This document shows positions 1 to 9,803 of a DNA stretch of 64,000 nt, in pieces; positions within the stretch are counted from its first letter, which is position 1, and each line of letters opens with the position of its first letter. Under the pieces are notes generated by a model. It saw only the letters and a list, made by a program, of their open reading frames with translations. It searched no databases and was not told the DNA's origin. The stretch comes from Armatimonadota bacterium (lineage in GTDB: Bacteria; Armatimonadota; Fimbriimonadia; Fimbriimonadales; Fimbriimonadaceae). The stretch is from positions 2,049 to 66,048 of the forward strand of contig JANNCV010000005.1 in assembly GCA_031386985.1 (NCBI GenBank). The letters are read 5' to 3'. The position numbers and the translations under genes were made by a program.

Positions 1-525
1 CAGCGCCTGAATATTCCGGTGCGTCAGTTCGCCGTTCTTCTAAACCTGCAAGAAGCTAGTGACCGTGACCGCCTCAGTTTCTTCAAAGGTCTCGCCACTG
101 AAATGGAGGCGAAGAATGCGTATTGGCAGAATCTGGCTGGTCTGCCCACACGTCTGCGCGATCCCAAGCAAAAGCGCGTCCAGCCCCCGACGTTGGCGAG
201 TGAACGCCCTTGGTATCGGTTGAGCGATGCGTTCGGCGCGGCCGGCGAATCGTTGATTGCCCAGAACGACGAGATTCTAGCCAAGACCCGCCTCCTCATC
301 GCAAGCACGCGGCTCATGCGGATGGCGAAGTTAAGCAAGCCCTTGCCACGGGACATTTCTGCCTTGGGCGAGTGCGCGGTTGATCCGTTCACCGGACAGC
401 ATTTTGCCTATCGGAGTGATGGCAGCGAGTTTAAAATCTATAGCGCGGGCTTGAACGGGATTGACGATGGAGGCCGAACCGACGAATCCGGAACCGCCCC
501 CGATCTTTGCTTGGAGTTTAACTAG
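1..525 (+). CDS. hypothetical protein, probably 5'-truncated by the window edge; C-terminus resembles pseudopilin/GspG-like tails
   Basis: The frame is open from nt 1. The C-terminal 'FAYRSDGSEFKIYSAGLNGIDDGG' resembles the Y..G.f.l.S.G.DG..GG tail of type II secretion pseudopilins. This is a by-eye motif only. Confidence 0.5.
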   Translation, partial: QRLNIPVRQFAVLLNLQEASDRDRLSFFKGLATEMEAKNAYWQNLAGLPTRLRDPKQKRVQPPTLASERPWYRLSDAFGAAGESLIAQNDEILAKTRLLIASTRLMRMAKLSKPLPRDISALGECAVDPFTGQHFAYRSDGSEFKIYSAGLNGIDDGGRTDESGTAPDLCLEFN

Positions 526-552
526 GGGCCGGTAGCCGGGAATGGGTCCGAA

Positions 553-1698
553 TCAGGAAGTAACCAAGACGCGCAGGTCATCGTTACCGACTTCACTCTT
601 GGTATCGGCCAACTGAACGAAGTTCTGATAGAGAACTTCGAAGCGCTCTTCTGTGAAATTGAATCCGAGTTCGGCGAAGCGATGCTTCAGGCCATGACGC
701 CCGGAGCGAGCGGTTAGGATGATCTCGGACTTCTCGGCGCCAACCAGTTCCGGCGCGATGATCTCGTAGGTGGAGCGCTCTTTCAGTACGCCATCTTGAT
801 GAATCCCGCTGCTGTGGGCATAGGCATTTGCACCGACTACCGCCTTATTGCGCTGCACCATCATGCCACTTAGCCTCGAAACGAGCCGAGAAATGGGCAA
901 GAGCTTGTTGGTTTGGATGCCCGTTTCGCAGTTAAACAAATCTTTACGAATATGAAGGGCCATGACGACCTCTTCAAGAGCAGTATTGCCCGCCCGCTCA
1001 CCGATACCATTTACGGTGACCTCAACTTGCCTCGCGCCCCCCAAGACTCCCGCTAACGTATTCGCCGTCGCCATCCCCAAATCGTTATGACAGTGGCACG
1101 AAAAGATGGCCTTATCGCTGTTTGGAACGTTGTTTCGGATATTTAGAATGAGATTCCCGTATTCGCTGGGGTAGGTGTAACCGGTGGTGTCGGGAACGTT
1201 TATCGTGGTCGCGCCCGCCTCAATGATCGCTTCAACCACGCGAAACACATACTCTGGATCGGCCCGGCCCGAATCTTCCATAAAATATTCGATGTTGTCG
1301 GTGTATTTGCGTGCATGTTTCACCGCGTTCACACCCACCTCAAGGGCCTGGTCTTTGGACATTTTGAGTTTATGAACGAGGTGATTCTCGCTTACGCCGA
1401 GTCCGGTATGGATTCGGGGACGCTCGGCGGGCTTCAAGGCCTCGCCAGCGACATCAATGTCTCCCGGTCGAGCTCGGGTGAGGCCGCAGATTTGAACGCC
1501 ACGAAGCTCTCGGGCGAGAGTATTGCACGCCTCAAAGTCCCCCGGCGAGCTGATCGGGAACCCGGCCTCGATAATGTCCACACCTAGGTCAACAAGAGCG
1601 TGTCCAATTTCCAGCTTCTGCGCCATGTTCAGCCGAACCCCCGGAGATTGTTCGCCATCCCGGAGGGTTGTATCAAAAACAAGAACGCGGTCAGCCAT
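553..1698 (-). CDS. 2-isopropylmalate synthase / homocitrate synthase family protein (short form, no LeuA C-terminal regulatory domain)
   Basis: The N-terminus 'VFDTTLRDGEQSPGV' and the 'HCHNDLGMATANTLAG' motif are typical of the HMGL-like DRE-TIM family. At 381 aa it has only the catalytic barrel plus subdomain. Confidence 0.85.
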   Translation of the reverse strand: MADRVLVFDTTLRDGEQSPGVRLNMAQKLEIGHALVDLGVDIIEAGFPISSPGDFEACNTLARELRGVQICGLTRARPGDIDVAGEALKPAERPRIHTGLGVSENHLVHKLKMSKDQALEVGVNAVKHARKYTDNIEYFMEDSGRADPEYVFRVVEAIIEAGATTINVPDTTGYTYPSEYGNLILNIRNNVPNSDKAIFSCHCHNDLGMATANTLAGVLGGARQVEVTVNGIGERAGNTALEEVVMALHIRKDLFNCETGIQTNKLLPISRLVSRLSGMMVQRNKAVVGANAYAHSSGIHQDGVLKERSTYEIIAPELVGAEKSEIILTARSGRHGLKHRFAELGFNFTEERFEVLYQNFVQLADTKSEVGNDDLRVLVTS

Positions 1699-1823
1699 TG
1701 GCTAGATTATACAGTGAACCCCCTCTCCTCGCGGGGAACTGGCCATTCCGCCCTTCCCCAAGGTAGCTAAGCACGCCAAGTTTTTCCGGCGAAGCGAAAG
1801 TGTCTTGACTTTAGGGAGGTCGT

Positions 1824-2843
1824 CTACTCCTGACGCCAAAGAGGCATGTGCCGAGCTTCGGCATCGAACTTTTCGCCGTTGGCTTGAATGTGAACTAGTT
1901 CACCGTCGAAGGCGGCTTCGTTTCGCACCGTTCCGGCGGCGATGTAACCGAAAGTCGGGGAATCGGCGGTCGAGGTTATCGTGCCAACTTCATTGCGGCC
2001 CATGTGGATCACAGTCGCGCCTAGGGGGATTGGTCGGTCGGAGACGAAGCCCATCCAGGTCTTGTTGGTATGGCCGCGAGAATAGATGCGCATGAGGACT
2101 TCTTGGCCGGTGTAGCAACCCTTCTTGTAGCTCACATTTCGCGCGGTGAAGGCCGAGCCTAACTCCGGCGGCAGAGTCTTTTCGGTGATATCAACGCCAA
2201 ATCGGGGATGGCCAAACTCGAGGCGAGCGATGTTCACAGCCTCTTCTTCAATCGGTTGGAAATGCGCTTCAATCGCCTCAGCTTCAGCCGAAGCGGTTCG
2301 GGGTAGAAGGAGATCCCAGCCGCCCAAACCAGTGCGGTTGGAGCGAAGGCAGATAACTTCAAGCCCTTTGAATGAAACGATGCCGGAGTCGAGATTAGGG
2401 AGATCTACAAACTCGCGAAGCTCTTGAGTTGCGTGGGGCCCTTGGATCGAAACGAGGCGATACTCGGCCGTAAGGTCGGCGACCGCGACGTCTTCCATGA
2501 TGATCGTTTGATCGAAGCGCTTTTGAACGGCGGCTTGAGCGCCTTTCGGGACGCGGATCAGAAAACGATCATCAAGAATCCAGAGCTCACCCGTCGAAAC
2601 GATCTGACCAACCGGATTACAAAAGCAAAACGAAAGCGATCCGCCCGCAACGTAGCCACGCAAATCATTAGTAACTTGGCCCTGAACCCAAGCTTTCTTG
2701 TCTTCACCTTTAAGTTCAAATAGAACGGAATTTCGGAGCTCATAACGACCACATCCAGATCGGAGCAAATCGTAAGAATCGAAGACAGAATCGGACAAGG
2801 AACTAGGGGCAAGGCTCTCGGACATCATAACAGGTACCGCCAA
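1824..2843 (-). CDS. ygfZ: folate-binding YgfZ/GcvT-like protein
   Basis: 'KGCYTGQEVLMRIYSRGH' matches the YgfZ signature K-G-C-Y-x-G-Q-E. The length and GcvT-like N-domain also fit. Confidence 0.75.
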   Translation of the reverse strand: MAVPVMMSESLAPSSLSDSVFDSYDLLRSGCGRYELRNSVLFELKGEDKKAWVQGQVTNDLRGYVAGGSLSFCFCNPVGQIVSTGELWILDDRFLIRVPKGAQAAVQKRFDQTIIMEDVAVADLTAEYRLVSIQGPHATQELREFVDLPNLDSGIVSFKGLEVICLRSNRTGLGGWDLLLPRTASAEAEAIEAHFQPIEEEAVNIARLEFGHPRFGVDITEKTLPPELGSAFTARNVSYKKGCYTGQEVLMRIYSRGHTNKTWMGFVSDRPIPLGATVIHMGRNEVGTITSTADSPTFGYIAAGTVRNEAAFDGELVHIQANGEKFDAEARHMPLWRQE

Positions 2844-2891
2844 AAGGCAAATCAGGTGGGCTTAATAATAATACGCCAGAACCCGCCAAGT

Positions 2892-3710
2892 ATGCGTCTA
2901 GTTTTTCAGATGTTAGGATTTTTTCTCGCGGCGGTCGGCGTGTTGTTTGGAGCGGGCAGCCTAGAAGTGCGCACTTTTGAGCACGCGGCGGCAACCGATA
3001 TTCTATCAAAACTGCAGGGCCCAAACAAAGCAGTAAACGTCGAGACGCACCTCAACGGGCTATTCGGTGGAGCTTCCGGAGACATCAAAGAGGTGAAGAT
3101 TACGGCCAGAGATTTCGCAACTCAAGAGCTACCTCTTTTTACGGAACCGGAGCGTTCGAAACGCGGAATCGTTCGCACACTTCGTATTGAGCTTTTCAAC
3201 TTTGACCTACGGAATCTGCACATCGAATCCCTAATGGCGAGCATCCCTGACTGTCGCTTCGATTTCAGCCTGGCTCTTCGCAAAAGGCAGATTAGATTGA
3301 GCCGTAGCGGGGTTGGAATCGGAACGGTTAGGATTCAAGCAGCGGCTTTGGAGAAGTTTATTCTCGCTAAATACAAGGAAATCAAGCGGGTTTCGGTAAA
3401 ACTTGATAGAGGCAAGGCGTTTGTTGAGGGTTACGGCGAGTTTGCTCTACTCAGCACGAACTTTCTCATTATCGCGACTCTGGGGTCGCCAACCGGCGAG
3501 ACTCTGGAGTTGGAGAACGCGCGAGTCTTCTTTGATGACCGCCCCGCCGAACCCGCTGCGGCTCGCATTCTCATGAACAAGCTAAACCCCGTCGTTCACC
3601 TTGATACAGACTTGGGATTGCATGATGCAGTTCGCCTGCGTGGCATTAAATTGGAAAACGGCTTTGTGGAGGCGTGGGGTGACACCCGGATTCCTAACAA
3701 GTCTACTTGA
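2892..3710 (+). CDS. membrane-anchored hypothetical protein (DUF2993/LmeA-like by eye)
   Basis: The ATG at 2892 gives an N-terminal TM segment 'MRLVFQMLGFFLAAVGVLFGAG'. The ORF track starts at GTG 2856. No catalytic motif was recognised. Confidence 0.6.
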   Translation: MRLVFQMLGFFLAAVGVLFGAGSLEVRTFEHAAATDILSKLQGPNKAVNVETHLNGLFGGASGDIKEVKITARDFATQELPLFTEPERSKRGIVRTLRIELFNFDLRNLHIESLMASIPDCRFDFSLALRKRQIRLSRSGVGIGTVRIQAAALEKFILAKYKEIKRVSVKLDRGKAFVEGYGEFALLSTNFLIIATLGSPTGETLELENARVFFDDRPAEPAAARILMNKLNPVVHLDTDLGLHDAVRLRGIKLENGFVEAWGDTRIPNKST

Positions 3711-4602
3711 GTGCCCAAACCCGAACCGTCATATCCATGCTCGAAGAGTAAGCGATTTTGCCATCGGGACTGACCGCCACCGCGGTTATGGGGCGCTCGT
3801 GCTTCTCACTCTTAGATTTCAGGCTCAAGTCGTCTCCGCTTAACAACAGGAAGAGATTATCTTGGGTCCCGACCACCAGCGTTTCTCCTTCTGGAGTAAA
3901 TGCTACGGCGTTCGCTTCGGCCTTTGCCGTCGCCCTTTCGCTCCCGGAAGCCACATCCCAAAGCTTAACGCTATCGCCGCCACCCGAAGCCAAGGTCTTG
4001 CCATCCGACGAGAATGCCAACGCGCGCCCGTTATCAGAGTGCTTCATCGTTCTCGACTTTTTAAGGGTCGCGGTATCCCAAAGGTGGACGGAGCCGTTGT
4101 CATCCATCGTTGCCAGCGTCTTTCCATCCGGTGAAATCGCAAGGGCATTTACGGCGTAGTTATGGGGCAGCTTCTGAGAGTCGGCGGGCGAGCCAACATT
4201 CCAAACTCGCGCGCTATTATCCTTGCAAGCCGCGAACAGGCGCTTACTGTCTGGGCTAAAAACCAATCCGTGAACCGCGCCCTCCATGTCCGTGTAGGTG
4301 TGGGTTTCCTTCCGCGAAGCCATATCCCAAATCTTAACCTTCTTATAGATATCGCCCGAAGCGAGGAATTTTCCGTCGGGACTGAAAGCGAGCCCACGTA
4401 CTTCACCATCATGCCCCTCTAAGGTGGCGGTGGATTGCTCTGAACCGGTGTCCCAGAGTCTAACCGTGAGATCAACGCTTCCCGAAGCGAGTAACTTGCC
4501 ATCGGTTGTGAGGGCCAAGCTCGAAACATCGCGGGTGTGCCCCGCCAAAACGGTCGAATTTTGCGCAGACATAAGCAGCGCGGCGAAAAGGAGCGTTTTC
4601 AT
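3703..4602 (-). CDS. secreted WD40-repeat protein
   Basis: It has a signal peptide 'MKTLLFAALLMSAQ' and about seven repeats of the 'GH...V..LAFSPDGK.LASGS.D.TV.LWD' WD40 pattern. Confidence 0.9.
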   Translation of the reverse strand: MKTLLFAALLMSAQNSTVLAGHTRDVSSLALTTDGKLLASGSVDLTVRLWDTGSEQSTATLEGHDGEVRGLAFSPDGKFLASGDIYKKVKIWDMASRKETHTYTDMEGAVHGLVFSPDSKRLFAACKDNSARVWNVGSPADSQKLPHNYAVNALAISPDGKTLATMDDNGSVHLWDTATLKKSRTMKHSDNGRALAFSSDGKTLASGGGDSVKLWDVASGSERATAKAEANAVAFTPEGETLVVGTQDNLFLLLSGDDLSLKSKSEKHERPITAVAVSPDGKIAYSSSMDMTVRVWALK

Positions 4603-4716
4603 ATGAAGATCATGAACTCTTTGCCCCGAATTTTGCTAAACCTATCTTTTTTTAAAAACCTGGTAACGATTTTGAGCAATTCTCGTGCTAGAATAGTTGA
4701 CGTGGAGGATCGGGGA

Positions 4717-4995
4717 TTGAGCGAGATTACGGGTGAGGCTTTTCAGCCGTTCATCGGGCAAACATTTGATGTTGCCGAGGCTGATGATACGCCGGTGCTA
4801 GCTCAGTTCACGCTCAAAGAAGCAACCGCCACAAGTAAAAGGCCATTTCGGCTTCTCTTCGAAGGGCCGGCGAGCACCCCGCTTGGTCAAGGGATGTTTA
4901 ACCTGGAGAATGCCGATTTCGGCAAACTTCCCATTTTTATCGTCCCGATCCGCGCGGATTCTGAAATCCTTTCATACGAGGCGATTTTCAATTAA
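4717..4995 (+). CDS. small hypothetical protein, first gene of the tail-collar cassette
   Basis: An in-frame TTG at 4717 lies 7 nt after GGAGGA (4704-4709). The ORF track extends to 4537 but would then overlap the divergent WD40 gene and the AT-rich promoter-like spacer. The stop is 15 nt before the first tail-collar gene. Confidence 0.55.
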   Translation: MSEITGEAFQPFIGQTFDVAEADDTPVLAQFTLKEATATSKRPFRLLFEGPASTPLGQGMFNLENADFGKLPIFIVPIRADSEILSYEAIFN

Positions 4996-5010
4996 ACTTT
5001 AGGAAACACT

Positions 5011-5532
5011 ATGTCAGATCCATTCATTGGCGAAATCAAACTGGTCCCTTACAACTTTGCCCCACGAGGCTGGGCGTTTTGTCAGGGTCAACTATTACCC
5101 ATCGCACAGAACACCGCGTTGTTTTCACTCTTGGGGACCATGTACGGTGGCAATGGCCAGACCAACTTTGGTCTGCCCGATTTGCGAGGCCGTGTCGTCG
5201 TCAATCCTGGTCAAGGGCCAGGGTTGAGCAACTACGATCAAGGCGAGCAAGCTGGTGTGGAATCGGTTACGCTTACTCCTCAGACGATGCCCGCTCATAG
5301 CCATGCTGTACAAGTTAGCAATGTCGCCGCAACTCTTGCAGTTGCTAGCGGAAATCACCTGGCGGTCTCAACGGGAACGGTCGGCAATATTTACGGGACA
5401 GCCGTCGGCGGAGCTATGCCGTCAAACGCAGTGTCGTCGGCGGGCGGAACGCAACCCCACTTAAACAGCCAGCCTTACGTCACCCTAAACTACGTAATCG
5501 CACTTCAGGGAATCTTCCCATCCAGAAACTAG
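5011..5532 (+). CDS. phage tail collar domain protein (MdpB / microcystin-dependent protein family), paralog 1
   Basis: 'MSDPFIGEIKLVPYNFAPRGWAFCQGQLLPIAQNTALFSLLGTMYGGNGQTNFGLPDLRGR' is the classic Collar-domain N-terminus. The C-terminus is 'GGTQPH.N.QPY..LNYVIALQGIFPSRN'. Confidence 0.9.
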   Translation: MSDPFIGEIKLVPYNFAPRGWAFCQGQLLPIAQNTALFSLLGTMYGGNGQTNFGLPDLRGRVVVNPGQGPGLSNYDQGEQAGVESVTLTPQTMPAHSHAVQVSNVAATLAVASGNHLAVSTGTVGNIYGTAVGGAMPSNAVSSAGGTQPHLNSQPYVTLNYVIALQGIFPSRN

Positions 5533-5540
5533 GAGTAACT

Positions 5541-6050
5541 ATGTCGGACGCATTTATCGGAGAAATCAGACCCTATTCATTCAACTTCCCACCGAGAGGT
5601 TGGGCCCTTTGTAGCGGGCAGCTTTTGCCAATCAATCAAAATCAAGCCCTGTTCTCGTTGCTTGGAACGACTTACGGAGGAAACGGAACGACGAATTTTG
5701 CTTTGCCGAATTTGAATGCTCGAGTCGCCGTGAGTGAAGGGACGGGGCCAGGCCTTTCAACAAAAAGCCTAGGCGAAGTGGGCGGCCAGGCCGCCATCAC
5801 TTTATCAACAAACAACCTTCCGGCGCACAATCACGGGGTTGCGACCGCTTCAAGCCCGACGACAAATAGCCCAGCGGGTGCCTTACCCGCTACCAGTGCG
5901 CATCCGGTTTATGATTCCAACGTCAATACAACCATGGCGTCGCACGTCATTTCGCCAACGGGTGGAAGTCAACCCCACGATAATATGCAGCCCACCCTCG
6001 GCATCAATTACAGCATCGCGTTAGTCGGGATTTTCCCTTCAAGGAATTAA
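5541..6050 (+). CDS. phage tail collar domain protein, paralog 2
   Basis: It has the same N- and C-terminal motifs as 5011..5532, with an 8-nt spacer. Confidence 0.9.
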   Translation: MSDAFIGEIRPYSFNFPPRGWALCSGQLLPINQNQALFSLLGTTYGGNGTTNFALPNLNARVAVSEGTGPGLSTKSLGEVGGQAAITLSTNNLPAHNHGVATASSPTTNSPAGALPATSAHPVYDSNVNTTMASHVISPTGGSQPHDNMQPTLGINYSIALVGIFPSRN

Positions 6051-6059
6051 GAAAGAATC

Positions 6060-6575
6060 ATGTCAGAAGCATTTATTGGAGAAATCAGAATCGTCGGATT
6101 CAACTTTGCCCCGCGGAGTTGGGCCGACTGCGATGGACAACTCTTGCCGATATCGCAAAACGAGGCGTTGTTTGCCTTGATTGGAACAACTTACGGCGGT
6201 GACGGGCAAACGACCTTCGCCCTGCCGGATTTGAGGGGCCGAGTCATGGCCGGAATGAGCAACAACCTGTTTATCGGCGAGACGCTGGGCGTAGAGCTAG
6301 TAACGTTGAACCAAAACCAGATTCCCGCTCATACTCATCAAATGAACGCGGATAGCGATCTGGGCGGCGTGAGCGGCAATCCTACTCAGGGGGTCTACGC
6401 CACTTTGGCCAACGCCACCAAGAGCGACAAACTCTATGGAAATCCCGCCAACGCGCAAGCATCGCCCGCGATGATTCAGCCAACCGGTGGCAACCAACCG
6501 CACGAAAACCGGATGCCCTATACCGCCATTCGTTGCGTCATCAGTCTTGAGGGAATATTCCCTCCGAGGAATTAA
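6060..6575 (+). CDS. phage tail collar domain protein, paralog 3
   Basis: It has the same family motifs: 'FIGEIRIVGFNFAPRSWADCDGQLLPISQNEALFALIGTTYGGDGQTTFALPDLRGR'. Confidence 0.9.
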   Translation: MSEAFIGEIRIVGFNFAPRSWADCDGQLLPISQNEALFALIGTTYGGDGQTTFALPDLRGRVMAGMSNNLFIGETLGVELVTLNQNQIPAHTHQMNADSDLGGVSGNPTQGVYATLANATKSDKLYGNPANAQASPAMIQPTGGNQPHENRMPYTAIRCVISLEGIFPPRN

Positions 6576-6576
6576 T

Positions 6577-7122
6577 ATGTCAGATAATCTCAATCCAAAC
6601 CTTGATCGTCGCGCTTTTTTGAAGGGTGCAACCACCGTCATCGGCGCGGGCGCCCTTGCTTCTACTGGCCTCACTGCTCTCGCTCCGGCCGAGGCTGTGA
6701 TCTCGGTCGCGTTTCTTGACGGCGATAATTTGATTCCGCTGCAGTGGCTAACCTCGGCTCACGCCCCTTTTGAGCGGGTTCAAATCACAGTTGAGGCCCA
6801 CGGTAAAGGTGCGATCACGGGGGTAACTGCCAATTTCGGTAAATATCCTTTCCATGCCTGGACGGCAGGCGGTGGAAGCGGCCGGTTTGAAATGCCGGTT
6901 GATTCCGTGAAGGGGCTCAGTTTTACAGTCTTCCAAGGCGATTCTAAGGTGGCTCTGCTAATGGGCAATTCCAGTGGAGTTAAGCTTCGTGAGGGAAAAT
7001 ACATTATCGCGGCCGGAAGGGTGAACTGGAAACTTTTCCGCGCCGAATCGGGAGTGCTTTTGGGAGCGGGCGGTAAACCGACCTCCCTCCAACATGTTTT
7101 GATTTCAGTTGAGCGCGCTTGA
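6577..7122 (+). CDS. Tat-signal hypothetical protein
   Basis: The ATG at 6577 is 1 nt after the upstream stop. 'DRRAFLKGATTVIGAGALA' is a twin-arginine signal. The longer ORF-track start at 6487 overlaps the preceding gene. Confidence 0.7.
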   Translation: MSDNLNPNLDRRAFLKGATTVIGAGALASTGLTALAPAEAVISVAFLDGDNLIPLQWLTSAHAPFERVQITVEAHGKGAITGVTANFGKYPFHAWTAGGGSGRFEMPVDSVKGLSFTVFQGDSKVALLMGNSSGVKLREGKYIIAAGRVNWKLFRAESGVLLGAGGKPTSLQHVLISVERA

Positions 7123-7567
7123 GCGGGCTCTTGGCGAGATTGGTTGGCTTCCCGCAACCGAGCATGATGCTGATTTTTTGCGTTTGCTCTTCTTCGAGTT
7201 AAAGTCCAGTCAGCTCGAAGGGTTGGATCTGCCCTTTGAAACGTTGGGAGCAGTGCTCGCTCAGCAATACGCAGCTCGGTCCTTCGGATATGCCGCCGCT
7301 TTTCCGTCAGCGGCAACTTTCATCAAAACCGGAATAGGTAGCTTCATTGTTTCAGATGGCGAGGCGATTCACGTGGTTGACATCACGATTTCGGAAGTAG
7401 CTCGGGGGCAGGGACATGGAACCCAAGCACTAACAGCAGTGCTCGGATTAGGCAAGCCCGTTTCGTTGAACGTTCAACTCCACAATCACGCGCGAAGACT
7501 GTATGAGCGTTTAGGCCTTAAGGAAATTTCAAGCGATGGAATGCACAGCACGATGAGATTTCCGTAA
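7109..7567 (+). CDS. GNAT family N-acetyltransferase
   Basis: 'VDITISEVARGQGHGTQALTAVL' (acetyl-CoA Q/RxxGxG/A motif) and '...RRLYERLGLKE' are seen. The TTG start overlaps the upstream stop. Confidence 0.7.
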   Translation: MSALERALGEIGWLPATEHDADFLRLLFFELKSSQLEGLDLPFETLGAVLAQQYAARSFGYAAAFPSAATFIKTGIGSFIVSDGEAIHVVDITISEVARGQGHGTQALTAVLGLGKPVSLNVQLHNHARRLYERLGLKEISSDGMHSTMRFP

Positions 7568-7652
7568 ACACTGCTGGCGATGGATTCCCTTAGAAGTTCT
7601 TGTCCTAAATCTTAGTGCATCGCACGCGTGCTTGCGTCTAAACTAAGCGAGC

Positions 7653-8804
7653 ATGGATCGCGAGACGCTTTTGCAGCATTTGGGCGAGGAAGAAAAGCCC
7701 TACGGAGCGGTAACCCCGCCCATCACCCAGACCTCCCTGTTCGTTTTTGATCAGTACGATGCGTTCGTGCACCGCGTTGAAGATGGGCCGGGGGAGCCCT
7801 ACGTTTACAGCCGCGTAACGAACCCCACCAACGAAATACCGGAAACGAAGATTGCGATGTTGGAAGGAACGGGGGCTTGTCGGCTCTTCAACAGCGGAAT
7901 GGCCGCTATTAGCGCATCCGTGATGAGCGCGGTTGCGTCGGGTTCGCATGTCGTGTGCATTGACACGGCCTATGGGCCATTGCAGCAGTTTTTGCGCGAC
8001 TACATGCCCAAGTTCGGTGTGACAACAACGTTCGTTCCGGGGATTTCAACCGAAGAGATTTTGGATTCGATACGGCCCGAAACTTCGCTGGTTTATCTGG
8101 AGTCTCCCAGCTCGATTCTCTTCCGAATGCAGGATTTCGAGGCGATTACCGCGCATTGCAAGGCGAAAGGGATTACGACGATCACGGATAACTCTTACTC
8201 GGGAGCGATCTTTCAGCAACCAGCGCAGTTCGGAGTAGACCTGATCGTCCACAGTGCGACCAAGTACATCGTGGGCCACTCGGATGTCGTGGCGGGGGTT
8301 TCGGCGGGTTCTTCGGAGCGACTCCGAGACTTAATGAAGAGCGAGGTTCCGCTTCTTGGGGCGGCGCTGGCGCCTTTCCCGGCTTGGCTGCTTTTGCGGG
8401 GCCTGAGAACCCTTCCGATGAGGATGCGCCACGCTCAGGAAGCCGGAAATGCGATGTCGTCTTGGCTTCAAACTCAACCCTGGGTGGAGCGAGTTTATCA
8501 TGTTGGTTCGCCTGATTATCAGTATAGGGAACTTAGGGGCAAACAGATGACGGGGTCGTCGTCGTTGCTTTCTTTTGAGCCGGTGGATCAAAACGAGGAG
8601 TGGTCACGGCGGTTTATCGAGGCGCAGCGGGTGTTCCAGTTGGGAGTGAGTTGGGGTGGGTTTGAAAGCCTATGCGTTCCTCTGCAAATGCACCCGGGCG
8701 ATTGGGCCGAACCGCGGCGATTGTTGCGAGTTTATTGTGGATTTGAGAACGTGGTTGACCTGCAAAACGACTTAGCCCAAGCGGCGGCGGTGGCTTCGTC
8801 GTGA
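7653..8804 (+). CDS. Cys/Met-metabolism PLP-dependent enzyme (cystathionine gamma-synthase/beta-lyase/methionine gamma-lyase family)
   Basis: 'DLIVHSATKYIVGHSDVVAGV' contains the PLP-lysine motif S-x-T-K of the trans-sulfuration family. The 383-aa length fits. Confidence 0.85.
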   Translation: MDRETLLQHLGEEEKPYGAVTPPITQTSLFVFDQYDAFVHRVEDGPGEPYVYSRVTNPTNEIPETKIAMLEGTGACRLFNSGMAAISASVMSAVASGSHVVCIDTAYGPLQQFLRDYMPKFGVTTTFVPGISTEEILDSIRPETSLVYLESPSSILFRMQDFEAITAHCKAKGITTITDNSYSGAIFQQPAQFGVDLIVHSATKYIVGHSDVVAGVSAGSSERLRDLMKSEVPLLGAALAPFPAWLLLRGLRTLPMRMRHAQEAGNAMSSWLQTQPWVERVYHVGSPDYQYRELRGKQMTGSSSLLSFEPVDQNEEWSRRFIEAQRVFQLGVSWGGFESLCVPLQMHPGDWAEPRRLLRVYCGFENVVDLQNDLAQAAAVASS

Positions 8805-9784
8805 TTTTGGTGGTTGGGGGCGCGGGATATATTGGCTCGCATATGTGCCGCCGATTGGCTCAGGCAGGCCTGCCGTTTGTCGTTTTCGACAACCTATGCG
8901 CCGGGCATGCTGAAGCAGTTGCTAGTTATGATTTGATTCAAGGCGACCTGCGCAGCGAACTCGACGTTCGAACCGCGCTGCAACGCGTTCAGCCTGATGT
9001 TGTCTTGCACTTCGCCGCCCATATTTCTGTGGGCGAGAGCGTGCGCGAGCCCGCGAAATACTTCGAAAACAACACGGCCGGAGTTTTGAATCTGCTCGAT
9101 CGTCTTCGGGAAGCCAATGTCGGTCGCTTTGTTTTCTCTTCCACTGCCGCTATCTTTGGCGAGCCGCAGTATGTACCGATTGACGAGGATCATCCAAAAG
9201 CACCGACCAGCCCCTATGGCGAAAGCAAGCTAATGGTTGAGCGGATATTGGACGCGTATGATGTCGCTTACGGCCTTCGATCCGTGTGCTTAAGATATTT
9301 CAACGCCGCCGGAGCCGACCCATCCGGCGAAATCGGCGAAGATCATTCGCCCGAAGAGCACTTGATTCCGGTCGCGATTCGGGCGGCTCAGGGTTTGCGG
9401 CCGGCTTTGAAGGTATTCGGCACCGACTATCCGACTCCAGACGGTACGTGCGTTCGTGATTACATTCATGTGAATGACCTCGCCGAGGCCCACTTGCTCG
9501 CCATCAACCATTTGCGTTCTGGCGGCGATTCACGGAAGTTCAACCTGGGTAACGGAGCGGGTTTTAGCGTCAGGGAGGTGATTGAAACGGTTTCGCGAGT
9601 GGTAGGAATGCCCGTTCCTCATGAAGACGCCGCAAGAAGGCCCGGTGACCCGGCGACGCTCATCGCGAGTTCGGCTCGTATTCAAAATGAACTGGGCTGG
9701 GCACCAAAATGTCCCGACCTCGCAACCATTGTCGACCACGCTTGGAACTGGCATCGGTCACATCCAGGCGGGTTCGGCGGGTAG
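8801..9784 (+). CDS. galE: UDP-glucose 4-epimerase
   Basis: 'MILVVGGAGYIGSH' is a Rossmann GxxGxxG motif, 'YGESK' is the SDR catalytic YxxxK, and 'DGTCVRDYIHVNDLAEAH' is typical of GalE. Confidence 0.9.
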   Translation: MILVVGGAGYIGSHMCRRLAQAGLPFVVFDNLCAGHAEAVASYDLIQGDLRSELDVRTALQRVQPDVVLHFAAHISVGESVREPAKYFENNTAGVLNLLDRLREANVGRFVFSSTAAIFGEPQYVPIDEDHPKAPTSPYGESKLMVERILDAYDVAYGLRSVCLRYFNAAGADPSGEIGEDHSPEEHLIPVAIRAAQGLRPALKVFGTDYPTPDGTCVRDYIHVNDLAEAHLLAINHLRSGGDSRKFNLGNGAGFSVREVIETVSRVVGMPVPHEDAARRPGDPATLIASSARIQNELGWAPKCPDLATIVDHAWNWHRSHPGGFGG

Positions 9785-9803
9785 AATTTGAGGCGAGAAG
9801 GGC

